Assembly: GCA_002104945.1 (NCBI GenBank)
Contig: MCFH01000001.1
Span: forward strand, 806,001 to 870,000
Reading direction: 5' to 3'
DNA length: 64,000 bases
Source of the DNA: Piromyces finnis finn
Lineage: Eukaryota > Fungi > Neocallimastigomycota
Shown: piece by piece, positions 47,671 through 57,628 of the stretch
Numbering within the stretch: position 1 is the stretch's first letter
Layout: each line of letters starts with the position of its first letter
The notes under the pieces: generated by a model
Told to the model about the DNA's origin: nothing
The model's input: only the letters and a program-made list of their open reading frames with translations
Databases searched by the model: none
Position numbers and translations under genes: made by a program

Positions 47671-47915
47671 AAAATAAAATAAAATAAAATAAAATAAAAT
47701 AAAATAAAATAAAATAAAATAAAATAAAATAAAATAAAATAAAATAAAATAAAATAAAATAAAATAAAATAAAATAAAATAAAATAAAATAAAATAAAAT
47801 AAAATAAAATAAAATAAAATAAAATAAAATAAAATAAAATAAAATAAAATAAAATAAAATAAAATAAAATAAAATAAAATAAAATAAAATAAAATAAAAT
47901 AAAATAAAATAAAAT
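47671..47915. repeat. (AAAAT)n perfect pentanucleotide microsatellite, ~49 units
   Basis: Directly visible; it gives the spurious FYFIL ORF 47619..47942. Confidence 0.95.
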
Positions 47916-47929
47916 AATTATTAAAGTTG

Positions 47930-48610
47930 CATAAAAGTTCAATGATCTTCAGAAAACTCAGTACATTCTAAAATCAATGATAAAAAGATTGTTCATCCTA
48001 TTCACAACATAGAGAGACACGAGGGCAGTCAGGTGTAACTCTATTAATGGCAATAGCAATTTTTGTAGTGTCTTCATAACCGCAATCGAATACGAATAGT
48101 CCAGATAATTCCTAAATTTAAGTGAGGTTTGTTGGGACCGATAGGCATTAGGCGATTTGAATTAAGAAATTTGTTGATAATATATCTGAGGGCTGAGGGC
48201 TTTACTTTCATGATTTAGACTACTATTATTCCAATAGTGTTCTCTAATATCTTTAGTACTTTTAATATTTATTTTCATAAGTTTCTTATGTAGTGAACAA
48301 GATTCTTTGGCCTAAGAATAATGAGTTATGAGAGGAATAGATCAGACGAGATCTTTAATAATGCAGTTTGATTTTCTCCATTTAAAAAATAATTTCACTT
48401 ATTGCACAGCACAATTACCTGAAAATGTTGGAATCTTTAAATCCATTGTAAGAGCATACAGGATAATAAATGAATTTCATTTAAAAACAAAATTCTAAGG
48501 TATTCATGATCGTACCTTTTGAATTATTTTACAAAAAATATATATACAATTATGGTGTAGTAGTTTTCTAATGAAGCTTGTTACTCCATATGCCAAAGTA
48601 TAAATTATTT
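47930..48610 (-). mobile_element. Old, divergent LINE relic (post-RT region and CCHC zinc finger) of a related family
   Basis: Broken minus-strand frames: LYALTMDLKIPTFSGNCAVQ*VKLF.KWRKSNCIIKDLV*SIP (cf. LYSISKDLNIPPLSAKCALAQVRCFNKWKNSNCIISHLVNYIP) and GIIWTIRIR/CGYEDTTKIAIAINRVTPDCPRVSLCCE*DEQSFYH..LECTEF (cf. GFYWLLKARSGY...CPNYCPCCKCGVQSIKHWLLDCPTF). Confidence 0.75.
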
Positions 48611-48696
48611 TCATGCCAACTACCACAATGCAAATATAAACAGTTTGACTATTTCATATTTTATGCTTTAAGAATTTCCTCAATAATGTTCAATTC

Positions 48697-50670
48697 TTTT
48701 TTTTTACCGACATCAAATATTTTAAACTTTATTATTAATTTAATTAAAATTATAATAAATGCTATAAAAAACATAAATTAAAAATAAAAAATATAAAAAA
48801 AAATAGGTTTAAATAAACACAAATGAATAAAAATTGGGTATAGTGTATTCTAGTAATTTTAATTAAAGTAAGAAAGCCACTATTATACTAAAGTATAATA
48901 ATTGTAATTGACTTACCGAGCCAAAGACCACAATTTTATCATGAAACAAAATTAGGATCTCCATTGGTCGCGCTGGCCCTCCTGGCCTGTCTTACTGTTT
49001 CTTCAACATTGACGCTCTTGGATGTTGCTTCAAATCTTTTGAACATTGACCATTGCTGGCCAATAGTAAAAGGCATGATTTTGGTTAGAAGTTCCACGGT
49101 TACCGTCAAGAATGGTGTTCCTTCATTAGTACCAGATTGAATCTGACACTTGCAAAGTTCTTTTCATTCCCTTGAATTGTAATTGATATTATTAAAACTT
49201 CTTCCCCCAAGAAGGAATTTAAATATTTTACTGCACACACTAGAATAATCATACACATTAATATTCACCGGATTATTAGAACTATTACTATCATTAACTA
49301 AATTACTATCTAAATTAGAATTATTATCATCATTATTGCTATCATTACTAATATTATTATTTCTATTACTACTATTGCTATTATTACTATTTCTATTATT
49401 ACTATTACTACTATTGTTATTATTACTATTGTTATTATTACTATTGTTACTATTACTATTACTGTTATTGCTATCTCTGCTGATATTATCAATTTCATTA
49501 TTATTGATAGGACTATTGGAATTACGTTGACTGAAAAAATTTAATAGCTGGACTATGGAATCATAATGTTTAATACGGATATCTCTAAATGTTGGACAAT
49601 CTAATAACCAATGTTTAATACTTTGAACACCACACTTGCAACATGGACAGTAGTTAGGACAAACTGGATCAACAAATTTAACAGCTTTGGCAACTCTAGC
49701 ATCCAACTTGTATCCGCTTCTTGCTTTCAATAGCCAGTAGAAGCCATAGGCAAACTCTGGGTATTCATAACATAATTTAATAAAATCTTTAGTTTCAATA
49801 AATTTATTATCATCATAATATTGCGCTTTGATTGAATTTCCTTTGAGATCTTTCCAATAAAAGTTTTTAACTGCTTTAACATCTCCATGTTTCTTTAGTT
49901 TTTTATCAAGTGTCCTACTTGATTTGCACCACGTGTATTTTCTAAATTTAGGAATGTAATTGACAAGGTGTGAGATAATACAATTTGAGTTTTTCCATTT
50001 GTTAAAACATCTAACCTGAGCTAACGCACATTTGGCTGACAATGGAGGAATATTCAAATCTTTTGAGATAAAGTATAAAGATATAAACGATACAGCTTTA
50101 TGAACTCCGGCAACCCATCGTATTCCTTTGTTAGCATGCTTCTGAGCAATCCTAGACCTAGCTTTGTTGGATCCAAGTAATGGTACAAAGTATGAAACTC
50201 TGCTAATCACTTGTGAGTTAAGTACTAGTTTTTTGAAAGGAATAGGAATATTAGGATTTCTTAAGAATTTACTGACTGAGAAAAGTCCTTTCAAAACTTT
50301 GTTATTAAGAGTTTTAATTACTGGTTTAAGGGACAAATTCTTATCAAATGGAACACCAAGATAAGTATAACAATCAGTAGTTGGAATGGGTTGTCCTGCT
50401 AAGTAAAATGTTGGATCTCTCTTGTTCTGATTTTCTATTAATTCAGGACGAATCACCATCGTTGAACACTTCTGGATACCAAATTCCATTTCATTATACA
50501 AGGCCCATTCATTAACTCTTCTAAGCATTTTTTTAAGTATCCTCTTGTTAGAACACAAATAACTATATCATCTGCAAAAAGTCCATCACAGCATCGAGTG
50601 TCGCCTAAACTGACTCCTAGATCTTCGCACTTTTTAAATATATCATTAATAAAGAGATTAAAAAGAATAG
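48697..50670 (-). mobile_element. 5'-truncated, pseudogenised LINE copy 1 (3' ~2 kb; same family as the intact copy)
   Basis: T9 tail at 48697-48705, 3' UTR, direct repeat of copy 2 at offset 2012. It carries a TGG>TGA nonsense change near 49165 and a 1-bp deletion near 50529, and is truncated inside RT at P-I-L-F-N. Confidence 0.92.
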
Positions 50671-50673
50671 TTC

Positions 50674-50676
<3 letters not shown>

Positions 50677-50708
<32 letters not shown>

Positions 50709-53700
50709 GGCATCAAATATTTTAAACTTTATTATTAATTTAATTAAAATTATAATACATGTAATATAAAAAATTAAAAATATAAATAAAAAATATAAAA
50801 AAAAATAGGTTTAAATAAACACAAATGAATAAAAATTGGGTATAATGTATTCTAGTAATTTTAATTAAAGTAAGAAAGCCACTATCATACTAAAGTATAA
50901 TAATTGTATTTGACTTCCAATGGGACACCGAGCCAAAGATCAAAATTTTGTCATGGAACAAAATTATGATCTCCATTGGTTGCGCTGGCCCTCCTGGCCT
51001 GTCTTACTGTTTCTTCAGCATTGACGCTCTTGGATGTTGCTTCAAACCTTTTGAACATTGACCATTGCTGGCCAATAGCAAAAGGCATGATTTTGGTTAG
51101 AAGTTCCGCTGTTACCGTCAAGAATGGTGTTCCTTCATTAGTACCAGATTGAATCTGACGCTTACAAAGTTCTTTCCATTCCCTTGAATTGTAATTAATA
51201 TTGTTAAAACTTCTTCCCCCAAGAAGGAATTTAAATATTTTACTGCACACACTAGAATAATCATACACATTAATATTCACCGGATTATTAGAACTATTAC
51301 TATCATTAACTAAATTACTATCTAAATTAGAATTATTATCATCATTATTGCTATCATTACTAATATTATTATTTCTATTACTACTATTGCTATTATTACT
51401 ATTTCTATTATTACTATTACTACTATTGTTATTATTACTATTGTTATTATTACTATTGTTACTATTACTATTACTGTTATTGCTATCTCTGCTGATATTA
51501 TCAATTTCATTATTATTGATAGGACTATTGGAATTACGTTGACTGAAAAAATTTAATAGCTGGACTATGGAATCATAATGTTTAATACGGATATCTCTAA
51601 ATGTTGGACAATCTAATAACCAATGTTTAATACTTTGAACACCACACTTGCAACATGGACAGTAGTTAGGACAAACTGGATCAACAAATTTAACAGCTTT
51701 GGCAACTCTAGCATCCAACTTGTATCCGCTTCTTGCTTTCAATAGCCAGTAGAAGCCATAGGCAAACTCTGGGTATTCATAACATAATTTAATAAAATCT
51801 TTAGTTTCAATAAATTTATTATCATCATAATATTGCGCTTTGATTGAATTTCCTTTGAGATCTTTCCAATAAAAGTTTTTAACTGCTTTAACATCTCCAT
51901 GTTTCTTTAGTTTTTTATCAAGTGTCCTACTTGATTTGCACCACGTGTATTTTCTAAATTTAGGAATGTAATTGACAAGGTGTGAGATAATACAATTTGA
52001 GTTTTTCCATTTGTTAAAACATCTAACCTGAGCTAACGCACATTTGGCTGACAATGGAGGAATATTCAAATCTTTTGAGATAGAGTATAAAGATATAAAC
52101 GATACAGCTTTATGAACTCCGGCAACCCATCGTATTCCTTTGTTAACATGCTTCTGAGCAATCCTAGACCTAGCTTTGTTGGATCCAAGTAATGGTACAA
52201 AGTATGAAACTCTGCTAATCACTTGTGAGTTAAGTACTAGTTTTTTGAAAGGAATAGGAATATTAGGATTTCTTAAGAATTTACTGACTGAGAAAAGTCC
52301 TTTCAAAACTTTGTTATTAAGAGTTTTAATTACTGGTTTAAGGGACAGATTCTTATCAAATGGAACACCAAGATAAGTATAACAATCAGTAGTTGGAATG
52401 GGTTGTCCTGCTAAGTAAAATGTTGGATCTCTCTTGTTCTGATTTTCTATTGATTCAGGACGAATCACCATCGTTGAACACTTCTGGATACCAAATTCCA
52501 TTTCATTATACAATGCCCATTCATTAACTCTTCTAAGCATCTTTTTTAAGCATCCTCTTGTTGGAGCACAAATAACTATATCATCTGCAAAAAGTCCACC
52601 ACAGCATCGAGTGTCACCTAAACTGACTCCTAGATCTTCGCACTCTCTAAATATATCATTAATAAAGAGATTAAAGAGAATAGGAGAAAGAGGGCAACCT
52701 TGACGGACTCCTTTCTTCACATCAAAAGATTTCGAGAATTGTCCATCTAATTTGACATTAGCCTTAGATGTTAAATATAAATTTTTGATAAATTGTAAAC
52801 TCTTACCTCGGATTCCTAAACAATCTAATTTATGGAGAATATTACCGATTGGGACTGAATCGTATGCTTTCCTGAGATCTAAAAAGGCCAAATATGTCTC
52901 TTTATTATCTAATTGACGTCTACGGCATATTTCTTGGATTGAAATGAAAAGACTGATACTTTCTTCCTTTTTTCGAAAACCAAATTGTTCAGGTCTAATG
53001 AAATTATTCTTTAGACCATATTCTGAGATTCTAGTGGTGACAATTTTGGAAATCAACTTAATGCCATTATTGATAAGTGATATACCTCGATAATTATCAC
53101 AATCTGTCAAATCTCCCTTCTTAGGAATAGAAACAATACTGGATTCATTCCATGAGTTGGGGAAGTCTCCATCCCAAATACGGTTGAATAATTTAAGAAT
53201 AAAATTTAAACCATGAGCATCATTATCTGAAGTGGTATTACCGGAAGAATTATTATCTGTAGCATTATTAGAATCATTACTTGATGGAATTAATGCTTTG
53301 TAAAATTCAATTGGAATACCATCCGGACCTGATACTTTATAATTTGGAGTAGAGAGGATAGCTGACTTGACTTCATCAATACTAATATCTTGGTTGATAT
53401 CCCACTCATCAAGCATAGGAAGTGAAAAACGTTTATTCATTGGTTCTTCATACCAATGCTCCAAATCAAGACTTACACCACTTGGATCTGATGCAAGGTT
53501 TTCGAAATGATCATGCCACACTTCAAGTTGTTCTTCTGTAGCAACAACTAATTCTCCATTTTTATTTTTAATTGGTTGAGCAATAAAGAAAGAATCTTTT
53601 CCAATTTTTGCAGTTTTCTTGATCCATTTCCAGGCCTTCTTAGGATTATGATTCTTCATATACTCACATCCTGTTTTAATCCAATGAAGATATTCTTGTT

Positions 53701-55800
53701 TCCTAAATTCATTACATCTTTTGTGGATGTAATCAATGAGCTTACGGTAGATTTTAATTCTTTTAATAAATTCATCTATATCATAAATTCTTTCTTTTTT
53801 AAATCTCTTATACAACTTCATTTTGATTTTTTGAAGATTAAAAATTTGTTGTGAAATATGAAATGAAGACTTTATAACATTATTAGCTGAGGTAATACTG
53901 AGCTCGTCTGCAATTGAAAAAGCAGTTGAAGTAAACTCTTTGGAAAGTTCATCTGTAGAAACATTAGGATCGTTGAATTTTGCTGAAAGTATTTGGAATT
54001 TATTATGACTGAGAATAGATTCCTTTTCCTCAATACATTTTAATCTATTCCATTTTAGAATTTTCTTAGGAACATTAAAGTCATTAGAAAAATCTTCCAT
54101 AGGAATAATTTTACCATTAATAAGAAGTGGCTTATGGTCTGATACAGGATAAAAATTATTTATAAATGATCCTGAGTGAATAAGATCTTTCATCTTCGAA
54201 TTGATAAGAGCATGGTCAATGTCGGAAGATTGATCACCTCGAGTCCAAGAGATAGTAGACCCTCTAAGCGGAAGAATTTCCCAATCTCCTAATCCATTAG
54301 TTGATAACCAGTTGGATAATTTTACTTTAGACATATTAAAATCACCAACAAGAATCGATGGATGGGATGAATGAGTTTGTAACCACAAGCGAACTTCTAA
54401 CTTTGCATGATCAACATAGATGTTGTGATGACTATGAGGCATATAAACATTACCAATCGAACATTTGAATCTATTCCAGAGACTAAAAGTATAAATAGAA
54501 ATAATATACTTTCCAGAGAAGTTTTCAAGTGAAGCTTGACACGAATTGTGAAAACCTAAATATAAACCTCTCATTCCCGGAACTGATTCGTCAGCTTTCT
54601 TGAAAAAGTGTCTATAGTTTCGCAAAGTAACACGACAAGGATAATCTGTATTCGATCCAGAACCATTACCAGTTTCTTGGAAACATAAAAATAATGGTTT
54701 GAAAATAGCTGTGAAATAGCTAATACTATCTCTCTTTTCGTGATTCCACCCATTGGTGTTCCAACTAAGACAAAAAGAAAAGTTATCAGGCTTGTTGGAT
54801 GAGGAAGAATCGTTGCTATTATTATTATTATTAAAGTCATCGTTATTAATGGATGATGCATCAGAGGAATAAGTAGAACTATTACTAGATGGCTGTGAAA
54901 CTGAAGAACTATCAACTATTGAACTGTTATCAGAGTTGATAGAGCTATTAGAATTAATTGTTGAATGTTGAGATTGAAATTGTGTTTGCTGTAGATCTGG
55001 AATATTTTCATGATGGGAAACTTGTTGAAGATCTTGTTGAAGATCTAGTTGAAGATCGGATTGTTGATGAGATTGTTGAATAGAATGTTGATGTTTATTA
55101 GAAACTAAAATTTTACGTTTGAGTGTGGAAAAAGTGTATTTGTGATTCCTTCTACTACGAGCTGAAAAGGAAATTGAGGTAACTGAAAGTTTCTTCTTTA
55201 ATATGTGTAAGATTTTAATACAATCTTTCGATGAACCATGAACCTTGACTAAGAAAAAGTGATCATTGAAAGTCTGAAAATATTTAACACTAATAACTGA
55301 ATTAAATTTATCTTCTAGAATAACCTCGAGTTTTTCCCATAGCATATTTACTGACCATGACCGAATACCACGGATAAAGAAGGAGCGAATATCATCTAAG
55401 GGGATACCATAAGACCGGGTACCACGTCTGATATAATTCTTATCTTTAATATAAAGGACTGACATGATAATAAATTCTAATTAAAAAATATTGAATATAA
55501 AATAAATACTAATAAAAATTATAAATATAACGTATATGGAAAAAAATCTGTCTCTCTCTCTCTTCTTAAAAGTACTGGATAGTACAAAAATTGTTACGAT
55601 GCTTTGTTTAAAGTTTCTTTTTTTTTTGAATTCTAGTTGTAAATTTTCTTTAAAAATTCTAGTTTTGGTTTGTTGTTAGTAAATTCGATTCGCTTTTTGA
55701 CACTAAACTTGTTTGACTTTACTTTTCATTAAATATTTAAATTGGTAAAAAAATTTGAATCAAAAATGTCGACACCAGAAAGCTTGTGAATAGTATTTTT
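50677..55800 (-). mobile_element. Apparently full-length non-LTR retrotransposon (LINE), copy 2
   Basis: T29 tail at 50677-50705, ~245-nt 3' UTR, uninterrupted 1504-aa ORF and ~330-nt leader. The 5' boundary (~55800) is approximate. Confidence 0.93.
50951..55465 (-). CDS. LINE polyprotein: RRM-like N-terminus, Q/S/N linker, APE endonuclease, reverse transcriptase, CCHC zinc finger, Asn tract, C-terminal domain
   Basis: APE motifs: WNTNG, FQET, GDFN, SDIDH, SDHKP. RT motifs: GPDGIP.EFY, IPKKGDL...NYRGISL, FLDLRKAYDSV, GVRQGCPLSPILF, FADDIV, YTYLGV. Zinc finger: CPCCKCGVQSIKHWLLDC. No stops. Confidence 0.96.
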   Translation of the reverse strand: MSVLYIKDKNYIRRGTRSYGIPLDDIRSFFIRGIRSWSVNMLWEKLEVILEDKFNSVISVKYFQTFNDHFFLVKVHGSSKDCIKILHILKKKLSVTSISFSARSRRNHKYTFSTLKRKILVSNKHQHSIQQSHQQSDLQLDLQQDLQQVSHHENIPDLQQTQFQSQHSTINSNSSINSDNSSIVDSSSVSQPSSNSSTYSSDASSINNDDFNNNNNSNDSSSSNKPDNFSFCLSWNTNGWNHEKRDSISYFTAIFKPLFLCFQETGNGSGSNTDYPCRVTLRNYRHFFKKADESVPGMRGLYLGFHNSCQASLENFSGKYIISIYTFSLWNRFKCSIGNVYMPHSHHNIYVDHAKLEVRLWLQTHSSHPSILVGDFNMSKVKLSNWLSTNGLGDWEILPLRGSTISWTRGDQSSDIDHALINSKMKDLIHSGSFINNFYPVSDHKPLLINGKIIPMEDFSNDFNVPKKILKWNRLKCIEEKESILSHNKFQILSAKFNDPNVSTDELSKEFTSTAFSIADELSITSANNVIKSSFHISQQIFNLQKIKMKLYKRFKKERIYDIDEFIKRIKIYRKLIDYIHKRCNEFRKQEYLHWIKTGCEYMKNHNPKKAWKWIKKTAKIGKDSFFIAQPIKNKNGELVVATEEQLEVWHDHFENLASDPSGVSLDLEHWYEEPMNKRFSLPMLDEWDINQDISIDEVKSAILSTPNYKVSGPDGIPIEFYKALIPSSNDSNNATDNNSSGNTTSDNDAHGLNFILKLFNRIWDGDFPNSWNESSIVSIPKKGDLTDCDNYRGISLINNGIKLISKIVTTRISEYGLKNNFIRPEQFGFRKKEESISLFISIQEICRRRQLDNKETYLAFLDLRKAYDSVPIGNILHKLDCLGIRGKSLQFIKNLYLTSKANVKLDGQFSKSFDVKKGVRQGCPLSPILFNLFINDIFRECEDLGVSLGDTRCCGGLFADDIVICAPTRGCLKKMLRRVNEWALYNEMEFGIQKCSTMVIRPESIENQNKRDPTFYLAGQPIPTTDCYTYLGVPFDKNLSLKPVIKTLNNKVLKGLFSVSKFLRNPNIPIPFKKLVLNSQVISRVSYFVPLLGSNKARSRIAQKHVNKGIRWVAGVHKAVSFISLYSISKDLNIPPLSAKCALAQVRCFNKWKNSNCIISHLVNYIPKFRKYTWCKSSRTLDKKLKKHGDVKAVKNFYWKDLKGNSIKAQYYDDNKFIETKDFIKLCYEYPEFAYGFYWLLKARSGYKLDARVAKAVKFVDPVCPNYCPCCKCGVQSIKHWLLDCPTFRDIRIKHYDSIVQLLNFFSQRNSNSPINNNEIDNISRDSNNSNSNSNNSNNNNSNNNNSSNSNNRNSNNSNSSNRNNNISNDSNNDDNNSNLDSNLVNDSNSSNNPVNINVYDYSSVCSKIFKFLLGGRSFNNINYNSREWKELCKRQIQSGTNEGTPFLTVTAELLTKIMPFAIGQQWSMFKRFEATSKSVNAEETVRQARRASATNGDHNFVP

Positions 55801-56234
55801 ACATGATTTAGAGTGAATCAGTCTCTTACAAGAACAATACAACAATAGCTACATGAATATAAAAATACAATGCAAATGCTAAAGTTGACTACATTGGATT
55901 CTTACAAGAGAAGAGTAGTACTACATGAATACATGAATAAAAGAAAAAATACAGCAACAAAATGTATTACTCTTCTAATTAAATACTATACAAACTTACC
56001 TGAGTATCAAACATTCAACTTATTCATCAAATACTTAAATTTGATGAATAAAATGTTTTTTAATCGCTCAGTACCATGAGCTTAGTCCTAATAATTTTCC
56101 CTTAAAGACTAACCAAGCATCCATTGCGCAATACTTGGATTTAATTCTTTCTACTCTCTCAGTACCATGAGCATGAGTAGACCCCCTTGAGAAACTACAT
56201 TTATTAAATAAATGAAGGCACGTTCCCAAGAGGG
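55801..56234 (-). mobile_element. Probable 3' terminus (C-terminal codons plus 3' UTR) of a second, divergent LINE family
   Basis: Minus frame reads FNKCSFSRGSTHAHGTERVERIKS versus FKRFEATSKSVNAEETVRQARRAS in copy 2 (7/24 identical, ungapped). Stop near 56068; short T5 at 55796-55800. Confidence 0.5.
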
Positions 56235-56291
56235 ATATCATTAATAAAGAGATTAAAGAGAATAGGAGAAAGTGGGCAACCTTGACGGACT

Positions 56292-56327
<36 letters not shown>

Positions 56328-56684
56328 GGCATCAAATATTTTAAACTTTATTATTAATTTAATTAAAATTATAATACATGAAATATAAAAATTAAAATAA
56401 AATAAAAATAAAAAAAATATGTTTAAATAAACACAAATGAATAAAAATTGGGTATAATGTATTCTAGTAATTTTAATTAAAGTAAGAAAGCCACTATCAT
56501 ACTAAAGTATAATAATTGTATTTGACTTCCAATGGGACACCGAGCCAAAGATCAAAATTTTATCATGGGACAAAATTATGATCTCCATTGGTTGCGCTGG
56601 CCCTCCTGGCCTGTCTTACTGTTTCTTCAGCATTGACGCTCTTGGATGTTGCTTCAAACCTTTTGAACATTGACCATTGCTGGC

Positions 56685-56724
<40 letters not shown>

Positions 56725-56800
56725 GGCATCAAATATTTTTTGCTGGCCAATAGCAAAAGGCATGATTTTGACGGACTCCTTTCTTCACATCAAAACCGAA
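56235..56800 (-). mobile_element. Nested fragments of the copy-2 family: RT fragment, 5'-truncated copy 3 (~390 nt, T31 tail) and a mini insertion (T34 + ~18 nt of 3' end)
   Basis: 56235-56296 matches 52653-52714. T31 at 56294-56324, 3' end at 56325-56688, T34 at 56688-56721, aacggcatcaaatatttt, resumption at 56740, and the RT fragment resumes at 56768-56795. Confidence 0.9.
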
Positions 56801-57628
56801 ATCTTCGCACTCTTTAAAAATATCATTAATAAAGAGATTAAAAAGAATAGCTCATATTTAATACTTTAAGATTTTTTATTTTGCAATTTTATATTCTCAA
56901 AAACGAATTACCACCTTTTTATTTTTCTAGAACATTATAACAATAGAAATAAAAAAAAGATATAAATATACATAAACTAAAAAAAAATAAACAATTTCGA
57001 TTGACAAAACACCTTACTTTTAAGACACTTTTTTTTTTTTTTTTGGTTTTAATTATATATATATGTGTAATTTATTTAATTAAATTAAAATGTCACCTAG
57101 TTTCAAGTTCTATAATTCCTGAAACTTCAGTTTCTTTTTCTTCCTTTTCATAAAAAAGTGAAGATAGAAAAATTTTATTTTAATTAATAATATTAAAATC
57201 CATTTTCTTATTTTTTTGTAATTTTTTTTATTATTATTTTTTTTTGGTATTACGTTTTTCGTTGTATTTTATTTTATGATTTATTATTAACTTTAGTTAT
57301 TTTTATTTATTTATTATTGCATATGTCTTGTTTAATTTTTATGATGTTTATCGACTTCATTTAATTTAAGTTTATTCTCTATTATTGTTATTAATATAAT
57401 AATCTATATTAATTATTATTATTCATCCTTTGTATATAATTAATTTCAAAAAAAGTTAAAAATTTTAAAAAAAAAAAAAAAAGAAACGCGAAAATATAAT
57501 ATTTTTCTTTTCTTTTTTTTTTTTTTTTAAAAAATGGTATTAATACTTTTTAATTTCCAAAATAGAAAATAAAAAATATTTCATGATAGATTTTTGTATA
57601 ATATAGTTTACAATTTAAATAAATGAAT

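Noticed and set aside
47619-47942. 107-aa (FYFIL)n ORF
   Set aside because: Translation of the (AAAAT)n microsatellite.
55466-56240. Search for an HDV-like or hammerhead ribozyme at the LINE 5' end, and an intron-like ttag acceptor just before the ATG
   Set aside because: No nested double pseudoknot or CUGANGA/GAAA core was found by eye, and there is no convincing donor for the acceptor. A covariance-model search is needed.
57487-57494. ACGCGAAA, an SCB/MCB-like element
   Set aside because: Single site 3' of PEPCK with no adjacent gene start.
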